A stretch of 64,000 nucleotides of DNA from Armatimonadota bacterium (GTDB lineage Bacteria > Armatimonadota > SYMT01). Of the stretch, positions 9,704 to 18,761 are shown one piece after another (the stretch's first letter is position 1; the number at the start of each line of letters is the position of its first letter). Location of the stretch: the NCBI GenBank assembly GCA_041690135.1, contig JAWLHY010000009.1, forward strand, positions 64,001 through 128,000, given 5' to 3'. The notes under the pieces were generated by a model. That model saw only the letters and a program-made list of their open reading frames with translations, did not search any database and was not told where the DNA came from. The translations under genes were made by a program, and so were the position numbers.

Positions 9704-10930
9704 ATGACGCAGCCTGCTTCCGACCCGATCCACGAACGGTATCACGGCCTGGATGCCCTCCGCGCCGCCATGATGTTCCTGGGTCTCGTGCTCCACGGGG
9801 CGGCATCGTACATCACCCTGGCGACGCCGGCCTGGGGCTTCAAAGACCGGAGCACCAGTATTGTCTGCGACCTGCTTGTCTTCTGCATCCACCTGTTCCG
9901 GATGCCGGCCTTCTTCGTGATGGCGGGCTTCTTCGGGGCGCTTCTGTATGAGCGGCGGGGCGCGCGGCAACTGGCGGCGAACCGGGCGGGGCGGATTCTG
10001 TTGCCGCTGGTGGTGGGCTGGCCCCTGCTCTATCCGGCCACGGTGCTGGGGTTCAGTTTCGCCGCTTCCCAGGGACAGGCATCGGTCCAGGCGTCGCTCG
10101 GCCAGAACGGGAGCGGGGGGATCCAGATGGATTGGGTGTTGATCCATCTCTGGTTCCTTTACTACCTGCTCCTCTTCTACGCCGCGGCCCTCGTGTTTGT
10201 AGCTGTGGGGCGACGGGTGCCGGAGAAAACGCGCGCCGCGCTTGCGGGGCTCTTCCGTCGTGCGGTCGAGTCGCGCCGGCGGGCCTTCTACTTCGCGCTG
10301 CCGACGGCGCTCACACTCCTGCCGATGCACATGGGATTGCTGGAGACGATCCCCTCCCTGACCCCCGCGCCGCGCATCATTCTGGCCTACGGGGTCTTCT
10401 TCGCATCCGGCTGGTTGCTCTATGGACAGCGAGACCTGCTGCCACGACTGGAGGCCGGTGCGGGGAGGTGCCTGTGGGGGAGCCTCGGCCTGTTGCCGTT
10501 CATCCTGGGCGGGGTGGCGGTCACGGTTCGCGGGTATCCGGGGGATCCCACGCTCGCTCACGGCGTGGTGGTGGTCATGGGGGCGCTGATCACCTGGTTG
10601 ATGATCTTCGGGTTGACTGGCTGGTTCCTGCGCCGTTTCCGCGCGGAGCACCCACTGGCGCGCTACCTGGCCGACGCGTCCTATTGGGTGTACCTGGTCC
10701 ACCTGCCGCTGATCATCTGGAGCGCCGGCCTGCTGGCTCCGGTGGTCCTACCGGCGCTCGTGAAGTTCCTCGTCGTCATTTCCGTCGCGTGCGCGCTGTC
10801 GCTGTTGACTTACGACCTCTGGGTGCGTCCGGGATTCGTGGGCGCCGCGCTGAATGGCAAACGATACCCCGGCTGGATTGGTCGGAAGGGTGTCCGGAAG
10901 CGTGGGAGCGATCCGGTCCCGAGCGGGTGA
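9704..10930 (+). CDS. Acyltransferase-3 family protein (OpgC/MdoC-like glucan succinyltransferase)
   Basis: RYHGLDALRA, IHLFRMPAFFVMAGFF, HLWFLYYL, YLADASYWVYLVHLP. Confidence 0.88.
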   Translation: MTQPASDPIHERYHGLDALRAAMMFLGLVLHGAASYITLATPAWGFKDRSTSIVCDLLVFCIHLFRMPAFFVMAGFFGALLYERRGARQLAANRAGRILLPLVVGWPLLYPATVLGFSFAASQGQASVQASLGQNGSGGIQMDWVLIHLWFLYYLLLFYAAALVFVAVGRRVPEKTRAALAGLFRRAVESRRRAFYFALPTALTLLPMHMGLLETIPSLTPAPRIILAYGVFFASGWLLYGQRDLLPRLEAGAGRCLWGSLGLLPFILGGVAVTVRGYPGDPTLAHGVVVVMGALITWLMIFGLTGWFLRRFRAEHPLARYLADASYWVYLVHLPLIIWSAGLLAPVVLPALVKFLVVISVACALSLLTYDLWVRPGFVGAALNGKRYPGWIGRKGVRKRGSDPVPSG

Positions 10931-11224
10931 GACTTCCAAGGTCGCGGTGGCCCCATCCGCTTTCCATCGGTTGTGCTGAGAAAACAGCCGGCGCACAGGC
11001 GTGGGTCGCCCGGTCGACGCCCACTCCGGCCACCTTCGCCAGGCAGAATCGGACTTCCACTCTCCCTCCCACCGCTGTTCCAAACCGTTCACTCCCGCCA
11101 GCCAGCATACCCGCTTTGGATCCCACCGCGAAGAATTCGCCGGGGAGGAGTCTGTTCTTCCCCCAGCGAAAGCTCGTGCGGCTTCCAACCATGCAGCCTT
11201 CTTCTGTCGGATCTGGAGACTACC

Positions 11225-12313
11225 ATGAGCCCTGCCGGTGAGATCCTGCTACTGGGGACGCGCAAAGGCCTGCTGTTGCTGCGCCGGGTAAACGGCGGCT
11301 GGACGACTTACCGCCGGGCGCACCTGGGCAACCCGGTCGCGTACGCGATGCACGATCGGAGGACCGGCGTGCTCTGGGCCAGCCTGGATCATGGCCATTG
11401 GGGGCAGAAGCTCACGCGGTCGGATGACCTGGGGGAGACCTGGCGCGAAGTCCCGGCCCCCAAGTATCCGCAAGGAGCCGAAATCAAGGACGGCAAGCCG
11501 GCCACCCTGCGCTACCTCTGGGTGCTCGCCCCGGGTGGCCGGGATCAGCCCGGGCGGTTCTACCTGGGTACCGAGCCGGGAGGTCTGTTCCGGTCCGACG
11601 ATGGCGGCGAGACCTTCCAACTGGTTGAGGGTCTCTGGAACCATCCCACCCGCAAGGAACGCTGGTTCGGTGGCGGGCGGGACGAACCGGGGATTCACTC
11701 CATCCTGGTCGATCCGCGCGACCACCGGCGCGTGCTGGTGGGGATCAGCTGCGCGGGAGTGTTCGAAACGGTGGATGACGGCGAGACGTGGGTTCCCAGA
11801 AACTGTGGGCTCCGGGCCGACTTCCTTCCCGAGCCGGATGCGGAGGTGGGCCAGGACCCACACTTCGTCCACGCGTGCGGCGGCCACCCCGATGTTCTCT
11901 GGCAGCAGAATCACTGCGGCATCTTCCGGAGCACGGATGGAGCGCGCGCCTGGCAAGCGATCTCCCAGCCGGGGGACACCGCTCACTTCGGTTTTGCGGT
12001 GGCGGCGGATGAGCGGGATCCGCAGACGGCCTGGGTCGTGCCCGCGGTTGCCGACGAGCAGCGGAGAGCGGTAGAGGATGCGCTCTGCGTCTGCCGGACC
12101 GAGGACGGAGGTCAATCCTGGACGCCGCTGCGGAACGGCCTGCCCCAGCAGGATTGCTACGACATCACCTATCGCCACGCCCTGGATATCCATGGGGATA
12201 CGCTGGCGTTCGGCACGACGACCGGCAATGTCTTCGTCTCGGAGGACCGCGGAGACACCTGGACCTGTCTCGGCAACCATTTCCCGCCGGTGTACTCCGT
12301 CCGGTTTGCTTAA
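11225..12313 (+). CDS. BNR/Asp-box repeat beta-propeller protein (sialidase-like)
   Basis: LLLGTRKGL and repeated S/T-x-D-x-G-x-T/S-W/F Asp boxes (SDDLGETW, SDDGGETF, TVDDGETW, TEDGGQSW, SEDRGDTW); WQQNHCG. Confidence 0.88.
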   Translation: MSPAGEILLLGTRKGLLLLRRVNGGWTTYRRAHLGNPVAYAMHDRRTGVLWASLDHGHWGQKLTRSDDLGETWREVPAPKYPQGAEIKDGKPATLRYLWVLAPGGRDQPGRFYLGTEPGGLFRSDDGGETFQLVEGLWNHPTRKERWFGGGRDEPGIHSILVDPRDHRRVLVGISCAGVFETVDDGETWVPRNCGLRADFLPEPDAEVGQDPHFVHACGGHPDVLWQQNHCGIFRSTDGARAWQAISQPGDTAHFGFAVAADERDPQTAWVVPAVADEQRRAVEDALCVCRTEDGGQSWTPLRNGLPQQDCYDITYRHALDIHGDTLAFGTTTGNVFVSEDRGDTWTCLGNHFPPVYSVRFA

Positions 12314-12419
12314 ACTGGCTCTTAGCCTGCTTGCCGTCAGTGCGGTTCACATCAGGCGCATGCCTCGACCGGCCGGCGCCAGGCCATACCCACCTCGTGC
12401 CCACGGTAGGGGATGGTTT

Positions 12420-13658
12420 TCACTCCTTTGCGGACGGTTTCCCTGGCGCATCGCCGGAAAAACCGCGGACGGGCAACGGCAACTTCTCTCCACCAGGCTC
12501 CCCACTCTGCGCCGCCACGGGGAGGTCGTGCGGCGAGAGGGGCGGAGCGGATGAGGGAAGTGGCAGGTGCTTGAGACGCTCCGTGGCCTTCTCGATGTGA
12601 GAGATAGCGGCGCGGTAGGCGGCGATCGACTCCGGTCCTTCGAGGCCCCAGGGAGAACAGAGTTTCCGGAGCCTGGGGAGAGCCCGCTGCAACTCGGGGC
12701 TCGGGTCGTGCCGGGCGATATGGGCCAGGGCCTGGGCCGCGGCCCGGCGCGTGTGTGGCTGCGCTTGCTCCAGGGCGTTGCAGAGCGTGGGTACTGCTGG
12801 CGCGCCGATCCCAGCCAGTATGATCCAGGCCCGGCTGCGCAGGTCGCCATCCTCGACGGAAAGTAGCTCTCCCAGCGGGGCCGCCGCCAGGGCTCCCACC
12901 CGCACCAGCGCGACACCCGCCTTCTGCGACAGCAGGGCATCCGTGGAGCGCATGGAGGCCATCAGGGCGGCAACCGACTCCCGGCAGGGTATGCGGCCGA
13001 GGCCCTCCACGGCAGTCCAACGTACCTGTGACACATGGTCCGACAGGAGCTTTGTTAACTGGGGGAGCGCGCGCGGGTCGCGGAGCCCTCCCAGTGCGGC
13101 GGCGACTTCAACGCGCACCCCTGGGCTGCGGTCTTCCACCGCCTCACGTAAAACGTCCAAAGACCGGATGTCCGGATGGGCGCGGAGGACGCCGGCGGCG
13201 GACTGCCGGACGCCGTTATCGGCGTCCCGCATCGCTCGTTCTGCGAGGAGACGCGCGCGTTCCTCGACCGTCGTGGACATGCGCTCTCCAAGCGCCTCCA
13301 CTACCTGGCGACGCACGGGGGGCTGGGGATCCATTAGGAGTTGCTCCAGGAGATCGAGGGCCTCCGTTTCCGGCCTCCGCCCGAGAAGCCAGGCGAGTCG
13401 CACGCGCAAGAGGGTGTCGGGACAACGGAGCAACTCCCGCAACGTCGGAACCACGGCACTGCCGGAGGCCGCCAGGTTCTCAGCCGTCCGCTGCCAGTCT
13501 CCTTCGCGCGCGAGGAGGCCGGCAGCAAGCCGGTCCGGATCGAGACGATGCCCTTCCCACGGGCTATCGATGCCGGTTGGCTCCGCGGCGTGCCGCTGAG
13601 GAGTTGGCTCGCTATCGGGTTGGTTGTGAGGCGGGGTCCTGGAGTTGATCGTCGTCAC
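12420..13658 (-). CDS. HEAT/PBS-lyase repeat protein 5 with triple LPxP tail
   Basis: Repeats such as LLMDPQPPVRRQVVEALG, VEDRSPGVRVEVAAALG, LSDHVSQVRWTAVEGLG. The GTG start overlaps the upstream TGA (GTGA). Confidence 0.88.
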   Translation of the reverse strand: MTTINSRTPPHNQPDSEPTPQRHAAEPTGIDSPWEGHRLDPDRLAAGLLAREGDWQRTAENLAASGSAVVPTLRELLRCPDTLLRVRLAWLLGRRPETEALDLLEQLLMDPQPPVRRQVVEALGERMSTTVEERARLLAERAMRDADNGVRQSAAGVLRAHPDIRSLDVLREAVEDRSPGVRVEVAAALGGLRDPRALPQLTKLLSDHVSQVRWTAVEGLGRIPCRESVAALMASMRSTDALLSQKAGVALVRVGALAAAPLGELLSVEDGDLRSRAWIILAGIGAPAVPTLCNALEQAQPHTRRAAAQALAHIARHDPSPELQRALPRLRKLCSPWGLEGPESIAAYRAAISHIEKATERLKHLPLPSSAPPLSPHDLPVAAQSGEPGGEKLPLPVRGFSGDAPGKPSAKE

Positions 13659-14740
13659 TCCTTTCCCCTGAATCGGTTGAAGTGGCACCGGACCGCCGTG
13701 ATGACAGCAGTCAGCAGCGCCTGTACCCCTTCGAGAGGAACTCGGCGTGCACTGGAAGACGCAGGAGGGTTGTCCGGAGGAGGCGAGCCGACAGGGCGGG
13801 GGAGACGGCAGTCTCTTTCCAGGGGGCCTTTACCCACGAGCGGAAGCTGGTGGACCGTATTCGGAGCCGAATCCGCCGGTAAGGGCAATCCGCGCACGTG
13901 CGCCGTCGCCCGTTCGATCTTGCGGATAGCCTCCTGATACACGTCGCCAGCGCCGTTGAGCTCTCCAAGGTGCGCCGCCGACCCGACCAGCCGCCGGAGT
14001 CGCGGCAGCGCGCCCTCGAGGCCGGGCGTGGGGTCTCGCTCGGCGATGCCGCAGAGGGCCTCCGCCGCCCGGAACCGGATGAGTTCCTGGTCCTGAAGGG
14101 CGGCGATCAGGCCCAGCACGGCCCGGGCGTCTCCCACCTTCCCGAGCGCTTCCGCGGCCGCGGCACGGACCTCCGTATCCCGGTCGCGGAGCGCTTCGAC
14201 CAACGCCGGCACGGCACTCCCGCTGCCGAGCAGTCCCAGGGCTCGCGCCGCTTGCCGCCGGACACTCCGGTCATTATCTTCCAGGACCGCCTCCAGCGTG
14301 GAAATGATCTCCCGGCGCGGTGCTTTCTCGACCGCTTCGGGAGCCCGTTCGATGAGGAGCGCCAGTGCTTCCACGCAGCGGTGGCGCACGCGCCAATGCT
14401 CGTCGCGGGCTCCCTGCGTAAGAGGGAGCAGGGCCCGCCCGTCCGCCACTCGCCGGAGCGCCTCGGCCGCCTCACACCGGACCTCCCAATCGAGGTCCTC
14501 GAGGGCCGCGCAAAGGGGTTCGATGGCTACCGGATCGGCCAGTTCGCCCAGGGTCATCGCTGCCTGGCGGCGCAGTTCCCAATCATCATCCTTCAGGGCG
14601 CGACACAGAGCGGGAAGTGTGGGCGGCCCGAATTGGAGGAGAGACACACGCGCGAGCCGCTGCGTGTTCGGGTTGCGCTCCTTCAACTGGACGATGAGTG
14701 CGGCGATCTCGCCCGGGTCGCGGTCGTTCGTTTTCAGCAC
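13655..14740 (-). CDS. HEAT/PBS-lyase repeat protein 4 with triple LPxP tail
   Basis: LKDDDWELRRQAAMTLG, LEDLDWEVRCEAAEAL, LRDRDTEVRAAAAEALG. Start GTG 14740 chosen to avoid overlap. Confidence 0.88.
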   Translation of the reverse strand: MLKTNDRDPGEIAALIVQLKERNPNTQRLARVSLLQFGPPTLPALCRALKDDDWELRRQAAMTLGELADPVAIEPLCAALEDLDWEVRCEAAEALRRVADGRALLPLTQGARDEHWRVRHRCVEALALLIERAPEAVEKAPRREIISTLEAVLEDNDRSVRRQAARALGLLGSGSAVPALVEALRDRDTEVRAAAAEALGKVGDARAVLGLIAALQDQELIRFRAAEALCGIAERDPTPGLEGALPRLRRLVGSAAHLGELNGAGDVYQEAIRKIERATAHVRGLPLPADSAPNTVHQLPLVGKGPLERDCRLPRPVGSPPPDNPPASSSARRVPLEGVQALLTAVITAVRCHFNRFRGKE

Positions 14741-14768
14741 CTTCGGCCCCGTTCCGGTGAGTGCTGGC

Positions 14769-15395
14769 TCATCCCAGCATTCCCGGCCAAATGTATGCGA
14801 GGAACCGCATAGCCCAGTAGATCGTGGGACGAGTTCCCGGTGTCTCGTAATCTGCGTTGGGTAGGGCCGCAAGGGGGAGGCGGGACTCGGACCCAACGGT
14901 AGGAAAGGCCGGCCGGGGCAGCGTTTCGTTGGATTGAGCGCCGGCCAGGGCGGGGAGGGGAAGGTCCTTAAAGCCGGCCGTGACTATCTCGATCTTCTCC
15001 AGCGTCAGGCGGCACTCCCGCTGCACCACCGGAAGCTCGGAACGGCGGTGCGCAATCCGCCTTCGGAGCAACGGGACAGCCGTCCGGAGCTCCGGGCCCG
15101 GGCAGTGGTCCGCCAGGTCCCGGAGCGCCTTCGCCGCGGCCTGCCGGACTGGAAAACTCAGGTCTCCGAGGGCCTGGCAGAGAGGCCCCACGGCGTCCGG
15201 ATGGCCGGTGGCTCCCAGGGCGCGCACGGCAGCCAGGCGCTGATCGCGCGTCCGCATCTCCCAGAAGGGATCATCCGCGCCTACAACTCCTGTTTTTGGC
15301 ACCCGGAGCACCTCTGCGAGCCGCGGCACCGTCTCGGTGGGAAGGAGAGGTCCGTCTTCGGGGTTTAGAGGCGCCCACATCCTGTTCGGCTCCAT
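14769..15395 (-). CDS. Short HEAT repeat protein 3 with triple LPxP tail
   Basis: RLAAVRALGATGHPDAVGPLCQALGDLSFPVRQAAAKAL followed by the shared C-terminal module. Confidence 0.82.
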   Translation of the reverse strand: MEPNRMWAPLNPEDGPLLPTETVPRLAEVLRVPKTGVVGADDPFWEMRTRDQRLAAVRALGATGHPDAVGPLCQALGDLSFPVRQAAAKALRDLADHCPGPELRTAVPLLRRRIAHRRSELPVVQRECRLTLEKIEIVTAGFKDLPLPALAGAQSNETLPRPAFPTVGSESRLPLAALPNADYETPGTRPTIYWAMRFLAYIWPGMLG

Positions 15396-15420
15396 CGGCT
15401 TGAGTCCACCTGTTCCAGGA

Positions 15421-16518
15421 TTACTTTAAACGACTCCGTAGCCAGCCCATCCACCGCTGGAGCCAGTGCCCATGGGCCACGGCCGGTAGCCCGAGGTCCG
15501 TACCGGAGGATGACGGCAGCGGCAACTCGCCGGCCACGGGATTGGGGGCTCCCGCGGGCCGGGGGAGAGCGTGGGCCTCCATCGCTCCGGACTCGGCCGG
15601 GAGCGGCAGGTCATACAGTTCCGCCGTCGCCGTTTCGACGGCATCGAGTGCGGCCTGATACTTTTCCCGGGCTACCGCCCCTTCGCGATTCCAGCCGGAG
15701 GCGAGACGCTGCAGTGAACTCACTGCCCCGCGCAGAGCCAGCACGTGGTGCTCGCGGGCCACGTCTCGCAGCGCCATCGCGGCCTCCTGGCGCACCTCGG
15801 CACGGCGGTCTTCAAGCGCCTCGATGAGCAGGGGAATCGTTTCCGGGTTCTTCAGCTTACCCAGGACGCGCACGGCCAACATCCGGGCATCCGCGTTTGC
15901 TTCCCGGACGACTTCCGCTAGCGGTTGAATCGTCGGGTCTCCGATCTGGACCAGGGCCAGCCAGGCACGCTCCTGGACCGTTTCGAACTTGTCCCAAAGC
16001 GCCGCGGTGAGCACGGGAATCGCGGAAGGATCCCCGATCCGGCCGAGGGCTTCGGCGGCCTCCATACGGAGCAGGGCTCGCTGCTCCTTCGTGGGCGCCG
16101 GAACCGGAGCGCCGTTCTCCAGCCGGTCGTCTCGCTCGAGAGCGTTGTGGGCGGGCTGCCACATGTAGCCGAACTTGTCCTTTAGCGCCGCACAGAGAGC
16201 GGGCACGGCGGATACGTCCCGGATCCGTCCCAGTACCCAGGCCGCGCGCCAGCGGACCGCCCAGTCCTCGTGGCGGAGTGCCTCGCACAGCGCATCCACA
16301 GGTCGAGAACCCATGCCGACCAGGCGCGTTTGGGCCGCCGTGCTCACGGTCCAATCCGCGCTGCCCAGGTCGCGGATCAACTCCGCGAGGGGATCCAGGT
16401 CCTCTCCGGGAGGCTCGTTCCGCGGAGGGGTGCCGGGCGAGCCGGAAGGAGGCAGCCCCTCCATCGGGGGCGGCCGCAGCGAAAGCCGGGTCAGGGGCGT
16501 GGGGATGAACTCGTGCAT
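15421..16518 (-). CDS. HEAT/PBS-lyase repeat protein 2 with triple LPxP tail
   Basis: LRHEDWAVRWRAAWVLG, EAAEALGRIGDPSAIPVL, LEDRRAEVRQEAAMAL. Confidence 0.88.
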   Translation of the reverse strand: MHEFIPTPLTRLSLRPPPMEGLPPSGSPGTPPRNEPPGEDLDPLAELIRDLGSADWTVSTAAQTRLVGMGSRPVDALCEALRHEDWAVRWRAAWVLGRIRDVSAVPALCAALKDKFGYMWQPAHNALERDDRLENGAPVPAPTKEQRALLRMEAAEALGRIGDPSAIPVLTAALWDKFETVQERAWLALVQIGDPTIQPLAEVVREANADARMLAVRVLGKLKNPETIPLLIEALEDRRAEVRQEAAMALRDVAREHHVLALRGAVSSLQRLASGWNREGAVAREKYQAALDAVETATAELYDLPLPAESGAMEAHALPRPAGAPNPVAGELPLPSSSGTDLGLPAVAHGHWLQRWMGWLRSRLK

Positions 16519-16548
16519 GATGCGGGCACGGACGACGATGTGTTAGGG

Positions 16549-16577
16549 ATTATACCCGCTCTCCTAATCTTCTTCAG
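16549..16577 (-). promoter_or_regulatory. Possible internal sigma70 promoter upstream of HEAT protein 2
   Basis: Minus strand CTGAAG-17 bp-TATAAT (perfect -10, weak -35), 30 nt before ATG 16518. Confidence 0.4.
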
Positions 16578-17157
16578 ACGGAAGTGGGAGGCCGCGCGCT
16601 TTGAGTTCGGAGCTTGCCGGGAGTGGGAGGCTCGCAAGCTCGGCCCCGGGAGCCTCGGCAGGTAAGGGAAGGGTGTCGCTCGCGTCTGTCAGCGTCTGGA
16701 TCCGCTCTGCTAGTGCACGGAAGACCACCTTATGATCCCGGTGGACCCTGCCGGAAGCACACAGCTTCTCCAGATCCGGCAACAGTGCACGAAGTGCCGT
16801 GGGTTGTGGACCGTCGAGCAGGGTCAGTAGCGCTTGGGCGATCTCCAGACGAAAGGACAGGTCCGCGCTGAATAGCGGGATATTCGTTATGCGTTCAATC
16901 AGGTTCGGACCCGCTTTGCTTCCCACCATCTTCGATCGCCGCAGGAACTCCTGGCAGAGCACCGGGACAGAGGCCGGGCCGATCCTTGCGAGCGCTTCGA
17001 TCGTGCGACCTTCGAGATCGGGGATTTCTCCGCGAAGGACTCTCTCCAGAACGGGAATAGCAGCCGGATCGCGCAGCTTTCCCAGGGCGACGACCGCATT
17101 GGATCGATCGCTGTGATGTTTAGAGCGAAGGCGCTTCGCAAACGCGGCGACGGACAT
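16564..17157 (-). CDS. Short HEAT repeat protein 1 with triple LPLP tail
   Basis: RSNAVVALGKLRDPAAIPVLERVL, TIEALARIGPASVPVLC; tail LPLPA..LPLPA..LPLPS. Visibly more A/T third positions than its neighbours. Confidence 0.78.
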   Translation of the reverse strand: MSVAAFAKRLRSKHHSDRSNAVVALGKLRDPAAIPVLERVLRGEIPDLEGRTIEALARIGPASVPVLCQEFLRRSKMVGSKAGPNLIERITNIPLFSADLSFRLEIAQALLTLLDGPQPTALRALLPDLEKLCASGRVHRDHKVVFRALAERIQTLTDASDTLPLPAEAPGAELASLPLPASSELKARGLPLPSEED

Positions 17158-17187
17158 AGTTCTGCCAGCTACCAGGACGGCTAGTGA

Positions 17188-18756
17188 TCATCGCAGCCGG
17201 ACCACCGGTTCGTTGATACGGAGCGGCTGCTTGCGGACCAGGTCCTCCACCGTCGTGCAGAGCCAGCGGTCGCTGTTGATGTGATAGGTCACGCGCAAGC
17301 GGGGCGAGGTGCCGCGACCGATTGGCCGCAACGGGAGCGGGGCATCCGCCGGGTTCAGCTCCACGACCTGGGCCTTTTCCATTGCGTTGTCCGGGCGCGG
17401 CGCCCAGTACCGGTTGCCGTTGGGCCTCGGCTCCCACGCCACGGGCGCCTGCCCAAGCCGGCCGACCTCGCATACGGAGATGCGGACCTCCTCCATGGAA
17501 GGGTAGTCCGCGTAGTAGCGGACCGCAAAGTTGGGAGCGGTGGGGTAGCGGGTACGGCGCGGCACCAGGAGCTCATATTCCGGAGTGTGGGTCCGCTCGT
17601 TCTGCACCGCAACCGCATAGTCGTGGTAGATGAAGTCGTCCACGGCCACCCCGCCCGCGTAGCGCGCCGCTCCCAACGCGACGGACGTGAACACATAAGC
17701 CGGGTCGTGCCGCACGACCGCCTTGGGGAAGGCGTCGTCCACCACGGCCGGGATCTCGGGTAACTGGGTGGAGCCTCCGGTCAGGAGCACCTCGTCGACC
17801 CCGCCGGCCAGGGGGTCCTCCTCGAGCTGGCGTTTGATATCCTGGAGGGCGATGCGAAGTTGCTCGTAGAGCCCTCGCTCCGACAGCACTTTCACCAGGT
17901 CGGCCCGCGTCAACTCCGCGCGGAACCCTCCCCAGCGGAACTCCGCCTTACCTTCCCGGCTGGCGCGCTCCTTGGCGAACATCGCCTCCCAGCGGAGGTC
18001 GCGCTGCCACTCGGGGATGTCACGGACTTCGCCGGGGACGAAATACTCCATCAGCCACCGGTCGACCTGGTCTCCCCCGATATTGACCATGTGCTTGGCC
18101 AGTACGGGCGCGCCGCCGGTGTGCGCCGCCTGGGGACCCAACCGAACGGCGGCCAGGTTCAGCGTGCCACCGCCGAAATCCACGACCAGGAGGGTTTCTT
18201 CCCGCGCGATGTTGACCCCGTATCCCAGTCCGGCCGCGACCGGCTCATCGAGCGATCGGAACCGTTTGATGCCCACGTCCCGGGCCAGGGACTGGAGCTC
18301 CGCCCGGTAATGCTCGAAATAGCCGACCGGCGCGGGGATGGTGAGGTCGGTGATCTTCGTTTGGAACTGCTTTCCCGCCGCGCGCACCAATTCCCGCAGG
18401 AAAAGGTGCGTTACCTCCCGGACGGAAAGCTCCTGGGATCCGACCTTGAGGATTGGCCGGTGTGGCTCGTCGGCGAGGCGGGGCTTGAAGCTCTGGGCGA
18501 AAGCGGGTGAGCGGCCGTCGAAGTTTCGGCTGAGAGCCTGCTGACCAATCAACACCTTGCGCACCCGTCGCCGGAAAAAGTACAGGAACCGCTGCCACTC
18601 CTCGGTAATGTGAACGGCCGAGGGCACAAGTGGCGATTGGTCGGTGGGCAGCGTCCGCCCCAGGTTCGGGAGATGAACCACGCGCACGCTGCCGTCTTCC
18701 GCCAGGGCGACGACGCTGTTCGTGGTCCCGAGATCAACAGCCCACTGTTCAGGCAT
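17188..18756 (-). CDS. Hsp70 family protein (atypical, non-DnaK)
   Basis: AVDLGTTNS, LDEPVAAGLGY, VVDFGGGTL, LLTGGSTQLP nucleotide-binding motifs; short C-terminal domain; 522 aa. Confidence 0.9.
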   Translation of the reverse strand: MPEQWAVDLGTTNSVVALAEDGSVRVVHLPNLGRTLPTDQSPLVPSAVHITEEWQRFLYFFRRRVRKVLIGQQALSRNFDGRSPAFAQSFKPRLADEPHRPILKVGSQELSVREVTHLFLRELVRAAGKQFQTKITDLTIPAPVGYFEHYRAELQSLARDVGIKRFRSLDEPVAAGLGYGVNIAREETLLVVDFGGGTLNLAAVRLGPQAAHTGGAPVLAKHMVNIGGDQVDRWLMEYFVPGEVRDIPEWQRDLRWEAMFAKERASREGKAEFRWGGFRAELTRADLVKVLSERGLYEQLRIALQDIKRQLEEDPLAGGVDEVLLTGGSTQLPEIPAVVDDAFPKAVVRHDPAYVFTSVALGAARYAGGVAVDDFIYHDYAVAVQNERTHTPEYELLVPRRTRYPTAPNFAVRYYADYPSMEEVRISVCEVGRLGQAPVAWEPRPNGNRYWAPRPDNAMEKAQVVELNPADAPLPLRPIGRGTSPRLRVTYHINSDRWLCTTVEDLVRKQPLRINEPVVRLR

Positions 18757-18761
18757 GAATC

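Noticed and set aside
12420-17157. HEAT proteins as phycobilin lyases (CpcE/F)
   Set aside because: No phycobiliprotein or photosynthesis genes are present; the repeats are generic PBS/HEAT scaffolds.
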